Assembly (NCBI GenBank): GCA_947487155.1
Contig: CANKVS010000007.1
Coordinates: forward strand, 17,020-81,019
DNA length: 64,000 nucleotides
Source: an uncultured Flaviramulus sp.
Lineage (GTDB): Bacteria > Bacteroidota > Bacteroidia > Flavobacteriales > Flavobacteriaceae
Direction of reading: 5' to 3'
The notes under the pieces were generated by a model that worked only from the letters and a program-made list of their open reading frames with translations, was not told the DNA's origin and made no database searches. Shown here piece after piece: positions 1-10,996 of the stretch (its first letter is position 1; the number at the start of each line of letters is the position of its first letter). The position numbers were made by a program, and so were the translations under genes.

Positions 1-678
1 TGGACATTCAATCTCACAAGCTCCAGTATTAGTACAGTTACCAAAACCTTCAAGATCCATTTGAGCAACCATGTTTTGAACACGATCTGCAGCTTCAACT
101 TGACCTTGAGGTAATAACGCATATTGCGATACTTTGGCTCCTACAAATAACATTGCCGAAGAGTTTTTACAAGTTGCCACACAAGCACCACAACCAATAC
201 AAGTTGCTGCATCCATAGCTTCATCGGCAGCATGCTTAGAGATAGGAATAGAATTCGCATCTTGTGTATTACCAGAGGTGTTTACAGAAATGTAACCTCC
301 CGCTTGTTGAATACGTTCAAACGCCATTCTATCAACCACTAAATCTTTAATTACAGGAAATGCAGCTGCTCTAAATGGTTCAATTGTAATGGTATCGCCA
401 TCTTTAAACATACGCATGTGTAATTGGCAAGTCGTTATACCTCTATCTGGTCCGTGAGCCTCACCGTTAATATACATTGAACACATGCCACAAATACCTT
501 CACGACAATCATGATCGAAAGCTACAGGCTCTTCTCCTAAATTTACTAGCTGCTCATTTAAAACATCCATCATTTCTAAAAAAGACATATGCTCTGAAAT
601 CTCAGTAACTTTATAATCGACCATTTGACCCTTAGAAGAAGCGTCTTTTTGTCTCCAAATTTTAAGTGTTAAATTCAT
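1..678 (-). CDS. sdhB: Succinate dehydrogenase / fumarate reductase iron-sulfur subunit; the C-terminal end runs off the window start.
   Basis: Reverse-strand translation from the ATG at 676-678 gives [12 protein letters not shown]... with Cys clusters (CxxCxxC...CP) typical of the SdhB ferredoxin domains. It lies directly downstream of sdhA in the same operon. Confidence 0.85.
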   Translation of the reverse strand, partial: MNLTLKIWRQKDASSKGQMVDYKVTEISEHMSFLEMMDVLNEQLVNLGEEPVAFDHDCREGICGMCSMYINGEAHGPDRGITTCQLHMRMFKDGDTITIEPFRAAAFPVIKDLVVDRMAFERIQQAGGYISVNTSGNTQDANSIPISKHAADEAMDAATCIGCGACVATCKNSSAMLFVGAKVSQYALLPQGQVEAADRVQNMVAQMDLEGFGNCTNTGACEIECP

Positions 679-720
679 ATATACTCTAGGTTTAAGTGAT
701 GAGCGAAAAGCGAAAAGGAT

Positions 721-1083
721 TTATTCTTTTTCTTCAAGTTTCTTAATTAATGAATTTAGCATTTTACTAATTTCAATAATTAATCTTTCTAGTGATTCAC
801 TATCATTTATATAATTTAATTCTTTTGTTATTATTATTTGCGTTTCCAATTCATATAAAGAGCCTCTGGAGATTCTTAAAAATTGGATATAATTTTTTCT
901 TGAGAACCTCCCCCATCCTTCAGCAATATTTGAAGGGATTGAGACACTGCATCTTCTCATTTGACTGGTTAATCCAAATTTCTCTTCTTCAGGAAAATCC
1001 TTAGAACATTTGTAAATCTCTTTTACTAAGGTCATTGATTTTTGCCAAACAATTAACTCTTTGTATGAATTTACAATACTCAT
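721..1083 (-). CDS. Four-helix-bundle protein (23S rRNA intervening-sequence protein family).
   Basis: The 120-aa ORF carries the conserved WQKS...GLTSQMRR..SIPSNIAEG motif of the family. It is paralogous to the ORF at 21566-21937. Confidence 0.8.
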   Translation of the reverse strand: MSIVNSYKELIVWQKSMTLVKEIYKCSKDFPEEEKFGLTSQMRRCSVSIPSNIAEGWGRFSRKNYIQFLRISRGSLYELETQIIITKELNYINDSESLERLIIEISKMLNSLIKKLEEKE

Positions 1084-1128
1084 TTTTTTCTTTTCCTTCC
1101 CTAATTCCTTTTTCCTTGTAACTTATCG

Positions 1129-3144
1129 CTACTTATATGAACGTTGTTTTAGTTCAATATCTTTAAATTCTAATTCTTCTTTATGTAAAACTGCATCTGC
1201 TGGCTCTCCTTTATATTCCCAAGCAGCCACAAATGCAAAATCTTTATCATTTCTTTTTGCTTCACCCTTTTGTTCGCCATCTAACTCTACAGATTCTTCT
1301 CTAAAGTGACCTCCACAAGATTCTTCTCTCATTAAAGCATCTTTTGCAAACAATTCTCCTAGCTCTAAAAAGTCAGCAACACGTCCGGCTTTTTCTAATT
1401 CAGGGTTCATTTCGTCAGCACTACCAGGAACTTTTACATCTTTCCAGAACTCTTCGCGAATGGCTTTAATTTCTGCCATTGCTTCTTTTAATCCTTCAGC
1501 ATTACGAGACATTCCTGCCTTGTTCCACATCACATTCCCTAACTTCTTATGGAAGTAATCTACAGATTTGCTTCCTTTATTATTCACAAAGAAATTGATC
1601 CTATCGGTTACATCTTTTTCGGCTTCATCAAATTCTTTCGTTTCTGTTGAAATTTTTCCAGTACGAATATCATCAGATAGATAATCTCCGATGGTATATG
1701 GCAATACAAAATAACCATCAGCCAACCCTTGCATTAATGCAGAAGCTCCTAGCCTATTTGCACCATGATCAGAGAAATTAGCTTCTCCAATACAATACAA
1801 TCCGTTTACTGTAGTCATTAGGTTATAATCTACCCAAACACCTCCCATTGTGTAATGTACCGCAGGGTAAATCATCATTGGTGTTTCATATGGGTTTTGA
1901 TCTACAATTTTCTCGTACATCTGAAATAAGTTTCCATATTTCGCTTCTACGATAGCCTGACCTAATTCGTATATTTTTGCTTCAGAAGCATTTTCAATAT
2001 TATGAATCTTAGCTTGCTCTTTTCCGTATCGTTCAATCGCAGACGCAAAATCTAAATACACTGCTTCTCCTGTTGCATTTACACCATAACCTTCATCACA
2101 ACGTTCTTTAGCAGCTCTTGATGCTACATCACGAGGCACTAAGTTTCCAAACGCTGGGTATCTTCTTTCTAAGTAATAATCTCTTTCATCTTCAGACAAA
2201 TCCGTTGGTTTTTTACTTCCCTCACGAATTGCCTTAACATCTTCTAAATTCTTTGGTACCCAGATTCGCCCATCATTACGTAAAGACTCAGACATCAACG
2301 TTAATTTCGACTGATAATCTCCTGATCGAGGAATACACGTTGGGTGAATTTGTGTATAACAAGGATTCGCAAAATACGCTCCTTTTTTATGTATTTTCCA
2401 TGCTGCTGTTGCATTAGACCCCATAGCATTAGTAGATAAGAAATATACATTTCCATATCCTCCAGAAGCAATGACTACAGCATGTGCTGAATGACGCTCT
2501 ATTTCACCAGTAATTAAATTACGAGCAATAATACCTCTCGCTTTCCCATCAACAATCACAACATCTAACATTTCGTGACGGTTAAACATTTCTATTTTAC
2601 CACGAGCAATTTGTCTGTTCATTGCAGAATAAGCTCCTAATAGTAATTGTTGTCCGGTTTGTCCTTTTGCGTAAAACGTTCTTGAAACTAATACGCCTCC
2701 AAAAGAACGATTGTCTAACAATCCACCATAATCACGTGCAAAAGGAACTCCTTGTGCCACACATTGATCAATGATGTTTGCAGAAACTTCTGCCAAACGA
2801 TATACATTGGCTTCACGAGAACGGTAATCGCCTCCCTTTACAGTATCATAAAATAATCGGTATGTCGAATCTCCATCTCCTTGGTAGTTTTTTGCTGCAT
2901 TAATTCCGCCTTGCGCAGCAATTGAATGTGCTCTACGTGGTGAATCTTGATAAGCAAATGCTTTTACATTGTATCCTAATTCAGCTAAAGTTGCTGAAGC
3001 AGAACCTCCTGCTAAACCAGTTCCTACTACAATAACATCGATATGACGTTTGTTTGCAGGATTTACTAAATCGATATGATTTTTATAATCCGTCCACTTA
3101 TCTTTAATTGGACCCTTAGGTACTTTTGAATCTAAAGTTGCCAT
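1129..3144 (-). CDS. sdhA: Succinate dehydrogenase flavoprotein subunit.
   Basis: The 671-aa product has an N-terminal FAD-binding GTGLAGGSA motif and the SdhA/FrdA-type histidine FAD-attachment region. It sits between sdhC and sdhB. Confidence 0.92.
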   Translation of the reverse strand: MATLDSKVPKGPIKDKWTDYKNHIDLVNPANKRHIDVIVVGTGLAGGSASATLAELGYNVKAFAYQDSPRRAHSIAAQGGINAAKNYQGDGDSTYRLFYDTVKGGDYRSREANVYRLAEVSANIIDQCVAQGVPFARDYGGLLDNRSFGGVLVSRTFYAKGQTGQQLLLGAYSAMNRQIARGKIEMFNRHEMLDVVIVDGKARGIIARNLITGEIERHSAHAVVIASGGYGNVYFLSTNAMGSNATAAWKIHKKGAYFANPCYTQIHPTCIPRSGDYQSKLTLMSESLRNDGRIWVPKNLEDVKAIREGSKKPTDLSEDERDYYLERRYPAFGNLVPRDVASRAAKERCDEGYGVNATGEAVYLDFASAIERYGKEQAKIHNIENASEAKIYELGQAIVEAKYGNLFQMYEKIVDQNPYETPMMIYPAVHYTMGGVWVDYNLMTTVNGLYCIGEANFSDHGANRLGASALMQGLADGYFVLPYTIGDYLSDDIRTGKISTETKEFDEAEKDVTDRINFFVNNKGSKSVDYFHKKLGNVMWNKAGMSRNAEGLKEAMAEIKAIREEFWKDVKVPGSADEMNPELEKAGRVADFLELGELFAKDALMREESCGGHFREESVELDGEQKGEAKRNDKDFAFVAAWEYKGEPADAVLHKEELEFKDIELKQRSYK

Positions 3145-3147
3145 ATG

Positions 3148-3834
3148 TTATGATAATACGTGTTTAAGATGATGATATAATGCAATAAAGATAAAGCCTA
3201 AAGGAATAATAATTGAATAGGCTTTCCCTATGTTTTGTAATGTCTTTTTTCTTCCTGCTGTTGCTCCCATAGATTGAAATGCAGAAGTAAACCCATGAAG
3301 TAAATGCAGTGCTAAAAACACAAACGCTATAACGTAAGCTATCGTTCTTATATGACTATGAAATTTATGCACTAACTCTTCATGGTAGCGAAACCCTTCA
3401 ACACCTTCAATGGTTCCAGACCAGTCTCCTTGAACAAACTTGGTATTAATTTCTGGAAACCAAAAATCTATAAAGTGTAAAATAATAAAAGCTAAAATAG
3501 CAACACCACTATAAATCATGTTTCTACTCATCCAAGATGAATTAGCAGTACCATTATTTCTTGCATAAGACACGCCTTGTGCTTTTTTATTTTTAAGTTC
3601 TAAGACAAATCCCATTACAAAATGAAATACAACACCAAAAATTAATACGGGTTGTAATGCATATTGAACTAGTGGATTTGTTCCCATAAAATGGGATACT
3701 TCATTAAATACATCTGCGCTAAAAACAGATAACATATTAATTACAAAATGCTGAAGTAAGAAAAACATGAGGAAGAATGCAGAAAGCGCCATGGCTACTT
3801 TTCTTCCTATCGAAGATTTAAAAAATCCGCTCAT
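3148..3834 (-). CDS. sdhC: Succinate dehydrogenase cytochrome b subunit (b558-type, 5 TM).
   Basis: The 228-aa polytopic membrane protein has conserved His residues and a stop 4 bp upstream of sdhA. Confidence 0.8.
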   Translation of the reverse strand: MSGFFKSSIGRKVAMALSAFFLMFFLLQHFVINMLSVFSADVFNEVSHFMGTNPLVQYALQPVLIFGVVFHFVMGFVLELKNKKAQGVSYARNNGTANSSWMSRNMIYSGVAILAFIILHFIDFWFPEINTKFVQGDWSGTIEGVEGFRYHEELVHKFHSHIRTIAYVIAFVFLALHLLHGFTSAFQSMGATAGRKKTLQNIGKAYSIIIPLGFIFIALYHHLKHVLS

Positions 3835-4074
3835 TTTTTTGAAGTTATTTATATATTTACAAATGTACTTTACAATAAATTTATAGACAAAAAGTTAAGC
3901 CTTTAAATTGGTATTTAGAATGATTTTAAGGAGTTGTTATTAATAACAATAAAAGAGCATCTAAAAAGTCATTTTATTAAGTTTGACAAACGTTGATGTA
4001 TTTCAACAATTATGTCTACTAAATTTCACTTTTTAGACGCCCTCTTTTTATTATACTTACTTTATAAGTGAAAA

Positions 4075-5913
4075 TTACTTTAAGATTATCTTTCTGGTAA
4101 TTGAAGCATTTTCTGAAAATATATTTACAAAATAAATGCCTTTAGACACACCAATAACATTTATTGTTTTGGTTCTTGTACTATTAGACAAATCATGCTC
4201 AGAAATTAATCGACCACTTAAATCGTAAACAACCGCTTTTTGTAAATTAATAAATGATGCATTTTTAATGTAAAACTGTCCATTTGATGGGTTTGGAAAT
4301 ATACTAATTGCTTGGTCTAGTTCATTTTCATCAACACTTAAATTACATGTTGAAGAATCTGTCATAACAGATGTTGGAAATTTAGAATCAGGAGGATTAA
4401 CTGGATTAGGACAAGGATTAATTACCGTACTTCTATCTTGTACACTATTCCCTCCTGCAATGTTATTAACATTTGGAACTCTTTGTTCTTCATTAAGCAT
4501 AATGTTATAATGCATAATATCGTTACTAGTATCAATAACATGACCTAATTGATGCCCATGCCCCAATTCATGCAAAATAACACTTCGAAAGTCATACTCA
4601 AGATCTGGTGGGACTATTGAACCAGATCCAAAGTTCCAAACTACACCATCATCAAAAACAATATCCATTTCACTAACAAACCAATTAATATCAGGAGTTG
4701 CTCCTGTTAAACAACCTGAATACCAAGAGGTACAACGTCCAAGAACACCAGCCTCCAGTTCATTCCCATTATCAAATCGTACTACATTTGTATCATCAGG
4801 GTTGGTTCCAACTACATCAACCGTTGTTGCAGAACTGCTTACGTCCCAATTTATTTTAGTTTCGCAGCGCCATGTATCTATAGCCCATTCAAAATCTGAT
4901 TTAGCAGCAGTATCATTAAAAAAATCTGTAAACATCTCCCAGGTATATCCTCCACTTCCATTATCATTAATATGCTGTACTTGATAAGCATTACCAAATC
5001 CAGTATTTCCCATTGGAGGTATTACATTTATTTCAGCGTGCGATATCGTCAAAGGGAAAGTAGCTGATGTCGCGTCAGAATTATGCGTTACTCTTACAAG
5101 ACCAGTCCCAGCACTTGCAGGAACTTCAACCACAATTGAAGTATTATTCCAACTTACTATTTCACTTGCCAAAGCATCGATAAAAGACCCACCCCCATCA
5201 TCAGCATCACTAAAACTAACTGTTCCTGCAGTATTGCCAAAATCAGACCCTGTTATTGTTAATTGAGCTTTTTCACCTGCAATTATTGTAGTTGGAGAAA
5301 TATTTGTTATACCAACAGGCAAAAAAGCTTTACTACTTGAGTTTTTAAAACTATTCTTCGAAACAATCTTTTTCTTTTTTATCTCAACAACTTTCTTTTG
5401 AGTGACTTGTTGCACTTTGTTATAAAAAGCATCTTCAATACCTTTATGAGATTTAAATACATTATTTGCATTATTAGAAATGACATCATATTTATAAAAT
5501 CCTTGTATACCACTATAAGCCTCATATTCTTTATTTCCGCCTTTTCTTTGAAGGTTTACAATTCTGGCTGGATGAAGCATAAAAACACCTAAACTATGCG
5601 TTCTTAACTGTAAACTATGCGAAGATATTTGAGCAACAAGATCTACCACACCTCCTAAAGTAATGACATCTATATATTCAACTTTTTCTCCTTTAAAGAC
5701 TTTATAAACTTCTACCGTATTTCTAGTATATATGTTCCTGTGATTAGCATCCCAAAAAGAATTTTGAGATATCACTTTCCCTTCTATTATTGAGCTAGAT
5801 TGTTCAATCTGTTGTTCAATAGAGATTTCTACTAAACTTTGGGAAATAACACTAAAACCTGTTAAACATAGTAGTAAGGTGATAATGCGTGTTGATTGTG
5901 TAATTTTTTCCAT
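4075..5913 (-). CDS. Secreted zinc metalloprotease (metzincin-like) with a T9SS C-terminal sorting domain.
   Basis: A signal peptide is present. The HELGHGHQLGH motif fits the HExxHxxGxxH pattern. A C-terminal beta-sandwich ends KGIYFVNIFS...ILK, typical of Por/T9SS CTDs. Confidence 0.75.
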   Translation of the reverse strand: MEKITQSTRIITLLLCLTGFSVISQSLVEISIEQQIEQSSSIIEGKVISQNSFWDANHRNIYTRNTVEVYKVFKGEKVEYIDVITLGGVVDLVAQISSHSLQLRTHSLGVFMLHPARIVNLQRKGGNKEYEAYSGIQGFYKYDVISNNANNVFKSHKGIEDAFYNKVQQVTQKKVVEIKKKKIVSKNSFKNSSSKAFLPVGITNISPTTIIAGEKAQLTITGSDFGNTAGTVSFSDADDGGGSFIDALASEIVSWNNTSIVVEVPASAGTGLVRVTHNSDATSATFPLTISHAEINVIPPMGNTGFGNAYQVQHINDNGSGGYTWEMFTDFFNDTAAKSDFEWAIDTWRCETKINWDVSSSATTVDVVGTNPDDTNVVRFDNGNELEAGVLGRCTSWYSGCLTGATPDINWFVSEMDIVFDDGVVWNFGSGSIVPPDLEYDFRSVILHELGHGHQLGHVIDTSNDIMHYNIMLNEEQRVPNVNNIAGGNSVQDRSTVINPCPNPVNPPDSKFPTSVMTDSSTCNLSVDENELDQAISIFPNPSNGQFYIKNASFINLQKAVVYDLSGRLISEHDLSNSTRTKTINVIGVSKGIYFVNIFSENASITRKIILK

Positions 5914-6112
5914 CTCTGTATTTTTATATATTAAAAAAGTTATCTTTAGAATTAATATACGTGATGCAATTAACTTACAGATGCTTTAATTGAAGCTTGA
6001 AAAATTAATAGTAGTTAAAAACTATATAATGGGGATTATCAAATATAAGGAAATATAATTCAAATGATTTATTCGGATTTATTACTTTTATCGAACTTAA
6101 TATATTCTTAAC

Positions 6113-7405
6113 ATGAAGTACCATCCAATAAACAATACCCTCTTTATAAAGAATCGCAAAAACTTTACAGCTAAAATGAAACCAAATAGTTTAGCTGTTT
6201 TTAACTCTAACGATATTTACCCTATAAGTGCCGATAGCACCTTACCATTTGAACAACATCGCGATATTTTTTATTTAAGTGGTGTAGACCAAGAAGAAAG
6301 TATTTTAATTTTATTTCCAGACTGTCCAAAGGCACAACATCGTGAAATATTATTTTTAAAAGAAACCAACGAACATATAGCTATTTGGGAAGGCGAAAAA
6401 CTAACTAAAGAAAAAGCTTTTGAAACAAGTGGCATTAAAACAGTGTATTGGTTGCAAGACATGGAAAAAATCATGTTTGAAATTATGACACAATGCGATA
6501 CCGTTTACATTAACACTAACGAACATTATAGAGCTAATGTAGAAACCGAAACCAGAGAAGACCGTTTTACCAAATGGTTAAAGAATAAATACCCTGCACA
6601 TACTGTCGCTAAAAGCAATCCTATTTTACAGCGATTACGATCGGTTAAAGATACTATTGAAATAGATTTAATACAACAAGCCTGTAACATTACTGAAAAA
6701 GGATTTCAACGTGTTTTAAAATTCGTAAAACCCAATGTTTGGGAATATAATATTGAAGCAGAATTTATGCATGAATTTTTAAACAATCGTTCTAAAGGGT
6801 TTGCGTATACACCAATAATAGCATCAGGAAACAATGCTAACGTTTTACATTACATTGAAAACAATCAGCAATGTAAAGCTGGCGATTTAATTTTATTCGA
6901 CGTTGCTGCAGAGTATGCCAATTACTCTAGCGATATGTCGCGCACCATCCCTGTTTCTGGTAAATATACAGCAAGACAAAAAGAGATTTACAATGCCGTA
7001 AATAGAGTTAAAAACGAAGCTACTAAACTGTTAATTCCTGGAACTATTTGGGCAGATTATCATGTTGAAGTCGGAAAAATTATGACCTCAGAGTTATTAG
7101 GTTTGGGATTAATAGACAAAGCCGATATACAAAATGAAGATCCTAATTGGCCCGCGTATAAAAAATATTTTATGCACGGTACTTCTCACCATATGGGACT
7201 AGACACACATGATTATGGCATTTTAACTGAACCCATGCAAGCCAACATGGTGTTTACTGTTGAACCTGGAATTTATATCCCTAATGAAGGTTTTGGTATT
7301 CGATTGGAAGACAATGTTGTTGTTCAAGAAAGCGGAGCTCCTTTTAATTTAATGCAAAACATCCCTATTGAAGCAGAAGAAATAGAAGATATTATGAATG
7401 CTTAA
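6113..7405 (+). CDS. pepP: Xaa-Pro aminopeptidase (M24B family).
   Basis: The 430-aa product has an N-terminal creatinase-like domain and a C-terminal pita-bread fold with HHMGLDTHD / VFTVEPGIY / EDNV metal-ligand motifs. Confidence 0.85.
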   Translation: MKYHPINNTLFIKNRKNFTAKMKPNSLAVFNSNDIYPISADSTLPFEQHRDIFYLSGVDQEESILILFPDCPKAQHREILFLKETNEHIAIWEGEKLTKEKAFETSGIKTVYWLQDMEKIMFEIMTQCDTVYINTNEHYRANVETETREDRFTKWLKNKYPAHTVAKSNPILQRLRSVKDTIEIDLIQQACNITEKGFQRVLKFVKPNVWEYNIEAEFMHEFLNNRSKGFAYTPIIASGNNANVLHYIENNQQCKAGDLILFDVAAEYANYSSDMSRTIPVSGKYTARQKEIYNAVNRVKNEATKLLIPGTIWADYHVEVGKIMTSELLGLGLIDKADIQNEDPNWPAYKKYFMHGTSHHMGLDTHDYGILTEPMQANMVFTVEPGIYIPNEGFGIRLEDNVVVQESGAPFNLMQNIPIEAEEIEDIMNA

Positions 7406-7423
7406 AAATAAAAAGAGGGTTGT

Positions 7424-7443
7424 ATTTTAAAATACAACCCTCT
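7424..7443. terminator. Bidirectional rho-independent terminator hairpin between pepP (+) and lysC (-).
   Basis: Perfect palindrome agagggttgtattttaaaatacaaccctct, flanked by A/T runs. Confidence 0.6.
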
Positions 7444-7467
7444 CGCTAACAACACTAAAATTGCAAT

Positions 7468-8796
7468 TTACAGAGTGACTAATTCAAATAAATAATCGTT
7501 TAGTTTTCCTAGCGTTTTAACTTTATCTTTTGAGTTAATTAGTAATGAAATATTGTTTTTGCTTCCTCCGTAAGAAATCATTCTAATTTTAACATCTTGC
7601 AGTATTTGAAACAACTTATATGTTTCTTGGTGGTTTACTATTGAGTGTCCAACCAAACAAACAATGCTTTGATTTTTATCAATTTCAATTAAAGCGAACT
7701 GCTCTAATTCTGCAATAATTTTATCTAAATTTCTATCATCGTCAATAGTTAATGAAACTGCAACTTCAGAAGTTGTAATCATGTCAATTGCCGTTTCGTA
7801 AATCTCAAAAATTTCGAATACTTTCTTTAAAAAACCATGTGCCTGCAACATTCTTGCCGACTTAATTTTTATGGCAATAATATTATCTTTTGCGGCAATG
7901 GCTTTAATACCATTTTCAATATGATTACTGGTTATCGACGTTCCTAAAGCCTCTGGATTCATCGTGTTTTTTAATCGCACAGGAATATTATCTGTACGAA
8001 CTGGAGTAACCGTTTGCGGGTGTAATATTTTAGCTCCAAAATAGGCTAATTCCGCAGCTTCATCAAAAGACAAATTAGAAATAGGTCTTGTATTCTCAAC
8101 ATATCTTGGGTCATTATTATGCATCCCATCAATATCTGTCCAAATCTGAACTTCTTCAGCTACAATAGCAGCACCAATTATGGTTGCCGTATAATCGCTA
8201 CCTCCACGTTGTAAATTAGACACTTCACCATTGGCATCTAAACAAATAAAGCCTTGGGTAATATAAATATCAGCTTCTGCGGTATTATTTAAAACCTCAG
8301 CAAATTTTTGTTTTATATATTTAATGTCTGGTTCTTTTGCAGCATCTAAACGCATAAAATCTAATGCAGGTAATAGAGCCGATTTAATACCTTCTTGTTG
8401 CAAGTAACAATTAAACATAAATGTTGACAACAACTCGCCTTGAGCAACAATTTTATTTTCTAATAATTCTGAAAACTCTTTGTAAGTACATTCAACTAAA
8501 GAATTAAAAACTTCGGTTACATGGTTTTTTACTTTTTCGTTTAAATTTTTATCCGAAATAAGATTATCTATAGTAGAATAATACGTTTCGTGTAGCTTAT
8601 TGATTTTATCTATAGCATCGTTTGATGCTTTTTCTGAAATATTATTTGCAATAGCAACTAACTGATTTGTAGTACCAGACATTGCCGATAGTACAACCAC
8701 TTTCTTTTCTCCGTCGTTAATAATATTTTTAACGTTACATATATTTTCGATGGAACCAACAGATGTGCCTCCAAACTTTAACACTTTCATTTTCAT
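7468..8796 (-). CDS. lysC: Aspartate kinase.
   Basis: MKVLKFGGTSVGS N-terminus (amino-acid kinase fold) with C-terminal ACT domains; 442 aa. Confidence 0.9.
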   Translation of the reverse strand: MKMKVLKFGGTSVGSIENICNVKNIINDGEKKVVVLSAMSGTTNQLVAIANNISEKASNDAIDKINKLHETYYSTIDNLISDKNLNEKVKNHVTEVFNSLVECTYKEFSELLENKIVAQGELLSTFMFNCYLQQEGIKSALLPALDFMRLDAAKEPDIKYIKQKFAEVLNNTAEADIYITQGFICLDANGEVSNLQRGGSDYTATIIGAAIVAEEVQIWTDIDGMHNNDPRYVENTRPISNLSFDEAAELAYFGAKILHPQTVTPVRTDNIPVRLKNTMNPEALGTSITSNHIENGIKAIAAKDNIIAIKIKSARMLQAHGFLKKVFEIFEIYETAIDMITTSEVAVSLTIDDDRNLDKIIAELEQFALIEIDKNQSIVCLVGHSIVNHQETYKLFQILQDVKIRMISYGGSKNNISLLINSKDKVKTLGKLNDYLFELVTL

Positions 8797-8888
8797 TAAT
8801 TTGAGCTACGAATTTATAACTCATAAATTCAAAAACTATATTTATTTAAAAAAAAGTTTATTTTTGCACATATTGTTAAATAATTAAC

Positions 8889-9545
8889 ATGAAAACTGTA
8901 TCAAACTGTGTTGAAGATATTTTAATAACACAACCGTATTTAGAGGAAGCCCTTTCTAGAAATATTATAAATTTTAGTGCTTTGGCAATTGAGCTTACCG
9001 AACCTATAAGTAAAATGCTTAAAAAAGAAGTTAAACCTGGAGCAATTATGATGGCTTTAAGGCGCTATAATCCACCTACAACATTATCTAATTCAATAAA
9101 AATGAAACGGGTAATTAAGAATTTGGGCGATATAACTGTGCGATCTAATTTAACAGACTTTACAGTTAAAAACTCGGAAACCATTATAGATAATCATGCT
9201 AAAATTTTAGAACGCATAAATCAAGAAACAAAATTATTTTACACATTTACTAGAGGCATTCACGAAAGCAACATTATTATTTCTAGTAGTTTAAAAGATT
9301 TTATTCTTGAACATTTAAAACATGAAACTTTTTTGGCTGTGCAAGACGGGTTATCGGCTATTAGTATTAATTTACCACAAGATAACTCAAAAATTGCAGG
9401 GTTGTATTATCATTTTTTTAAACGTTTAGCATGGGAAGGTGTTGTGCTTTACGAAGTTATTTCTACTACAAACGAGTTTACCATTTTGGTTGAAGACGAG
9501 TTTGTAGACAAGGCATTTACTGCCATAAAAAAAGTGAAGGAATAA
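8889..9545 (+). CDS. Hypothetical cytoplasmic protein, possibly with an ACT-like domain.
   Basis: 218-aa ORF with no overlapping competitor and good coding bias. I do not recognise the family. Confidence 0.5.
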   Translation: MKTVSNCVEDILITQPYLEEALSRNIINFSALAIELTEPISKMLKKEVKPGAIMMALRRYNPPTTLSNSIKMKRVIKNLGDITVRSNLTDFTVKNSETIIDNHAKILERINQETKLFYTFTRGIHESNIIISSSLKDFILEHLKHETFLAVQDGLSAISINLPQDNSKIAGLYYHFFKRLAWEGVVLYEVISTTNEFTILVEDEFVDKAFTAIKKVKE

Positions 9546-9551
9546 AAAAAA

Positions 9552-9580
9552 GGTATGCTAAACAAGTAGCACACCCTTTT
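9552..9580. terminator. Putative bidirectional terminator hairpin.
   Basis: The ggtatgct...agcacacc stem has 7 of 8 pairs, flanked by A-run and T-run. It lies between convergent genes. Confidence 0.4.
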
Positions 9581-9601
9581 CAACTATCAATCAAAACTAT
9601 T

Positions 9602-9970
9602 TTACTTTACTGTTAATGTGTACTGTGGTGTTTTATTAAACGGACAGAAATATTTATAAGTCCCTTTTTTAAGTTTTACAGCTTTTGAAGATTCTGTTTT
9701 CCCGTGTTTTACCATTTGAGAAACATAAGCATCAGCAATATGGTTTTTAGGATTAGATCCATCTTTACCTTCTTCAATTAAAACTAAACCTACTTCAGCA
9801 GCAGCTTCATTATTAGACACTTCAAAAACATAAGTTCCTTCAGAAAGTGTTAATGCTTTTTGTGTAAATTCTCCTTTTGTTTGCTCTAGAGCTACTGTTT
9901 TCAAGTCTTGAGCTGTTGCAGAAAAATTGATTCCTACTAATAATACTACGATTGCAATTACTTTTTTCAT
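9602..9970 (-). CDS. Small secreted hypothetical protein.
   Basis: 122 aa with a signal peptide (MKKVIAIVVLLVGINFSATA). Function unknown. Confidence 0.55.
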   Translation of the reverse strand: MKKVIAIVVLLVGINFSATAQDLKTVALEQTKGEFTQKALTLSEGTYVFEVSNNEAAAEVGLVLIEEGKDGSNPKNHIADAYVSQMVKHGKTESSKAVKLKKGTYKYFCPFNKTPQYTLTVK

Positions 9971-10021
9971 CTTTAAAATATTTATTTATTATTAATTTAC
10001 TATTTGTTAATTTATTATTTG

Positions 10022-10378
10022 TTATGCGTGGTAATAACGTTCTCTATATATTTTACCATCTTTCCATTTTGTTGCTACTACTTGTTCTGAAAGCATTGTG
10101 CTTCCATCTTTTAATTTTAATTCCATTTCGGCTGTGTAAAACGAATTGTTTCCTTGCACAGCAACATCTTTAACATCGTATCTTATAAACTCTTCCAATT
10201 GATTGTTTATAAAGTCGTGTTCGAAATCTAAATTAAATTGTTTTCCTTTTTTAGGTTCGCCATTAGCTTCTCTTAATTCTACATCATCATGAAGATAGGT
10301 TTCCATGGCTTCAATAAATTTAGCTTCAGCTAACAATTCGTGTATATGTTTTAAACTTTTTTTAATTGGATTTGCCAT
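10022..10378 (-). CDS. Hypothetical protein, possibly NTF2/SnoaL-like fold.
   Basis: 118-aa ORF upstream of the AhpD-like gene. Weak family assignment. Confidence 0.45.
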   Translation of the reverse strand: MANPIKKSLKHIHELLAEAKFIEAMETYLHDDVELREANGEPKKGKQFNLDFEHDFINNQLEEFIRYDVKDVAVQGNNSFYTAEMELKLKDGSTMLSEQVVATKWKDGKIYRERYYHA

Positions 10379-10406
10379 TTTTTTTAATTTTTTTTAAGAT
10401 TAATAA

Positions 10407-10967
10407 TTAGTTAGCAGTTACAGTAAATTTTCCTGTTTCAACACTTGGGAAATCAACTTCAGTTTCTGCGATATGGTTTACATAATTTGTTAATGTGTTT
10501 GCCACTACATTTAAAACAATTTCTAAAATGTCGCCGTCGTTATAACCAGCTTCTTTTACTGCTTGAATAGCTTCCGTAGATACTTGCCCTCTGTTTTTTG
10601 TTACAGTTTGTGCAAATTGTAATCCTGCTTGTGTTTTTGCATCAGCAGCAATACCCTGTCTGTTTTGTTCTGTTTCTTCTATGGTTAAACCATTCATTTT
10701 TCCAATAGTTGTATGTGCAGATAAGCAATAATTACATGCGTTTTCTTCTGCAATTGCCAACGCTAATCGCTCTCTAAACTTATTGCTAAAATTCCCAGAT
10801 GCCGATAACTCTCCTAAACTTAAATAGGTTTGTAATGTTGCTGGAGAGTTTCCAAATACTTTTATTAGGTTTGGAATAAATCCTAATTTGTTTTGAACTG
10901 CATTAAACAATTCTTTCGATTTTCCTGTTGTGGTTTCTGGGTTTAATGTTTCTATTCTTGTGCTCAT
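10407..10967 (-). CDS. Carboxymuconolactone decarboxylase / AhpD-family peroxidase-like protein.
   Basis: 186 aa with a CNYCLSAHT CxxC...H core motif characteristic of the AhpD-like family. Confidence 0.7.
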   Translation of the reverse strand: MSTRIETLNPETTTGKSKELFNAVQNKLGFIPNLIKVFGNSPATLQTYLSLGELSASGNFSNKFRERLALAIAEENACNYCLSAHTTIGKMNGLTIEETEQNRQGIAADAKTQAGLQFAQTVTKNRGQVSTEAIQAVKEAGYNDGDILEIVLNVVANTLTNYVNHIAETEVDFPSVETGKFTVTAN

Positions 10968-10996
10968 AATTTCTATTCTTTAATTATTATTTTAAT

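Noticed and set aside
792-1309. Two small plus-strand ORFs (70 and 82 aa).
   Set aside because: They lie antisense to the four-helix-bundle gene and sdhA. Both are low-complexity and not conserved-looking.
8797-8888. Possible lysine riboswitch upstream of lysC.
   Set aside because: Only about 90 bp of AT-rich leader is available, too short for an L-box aptamer of about 180 nt, and none of the conserved L-box helices are evident.
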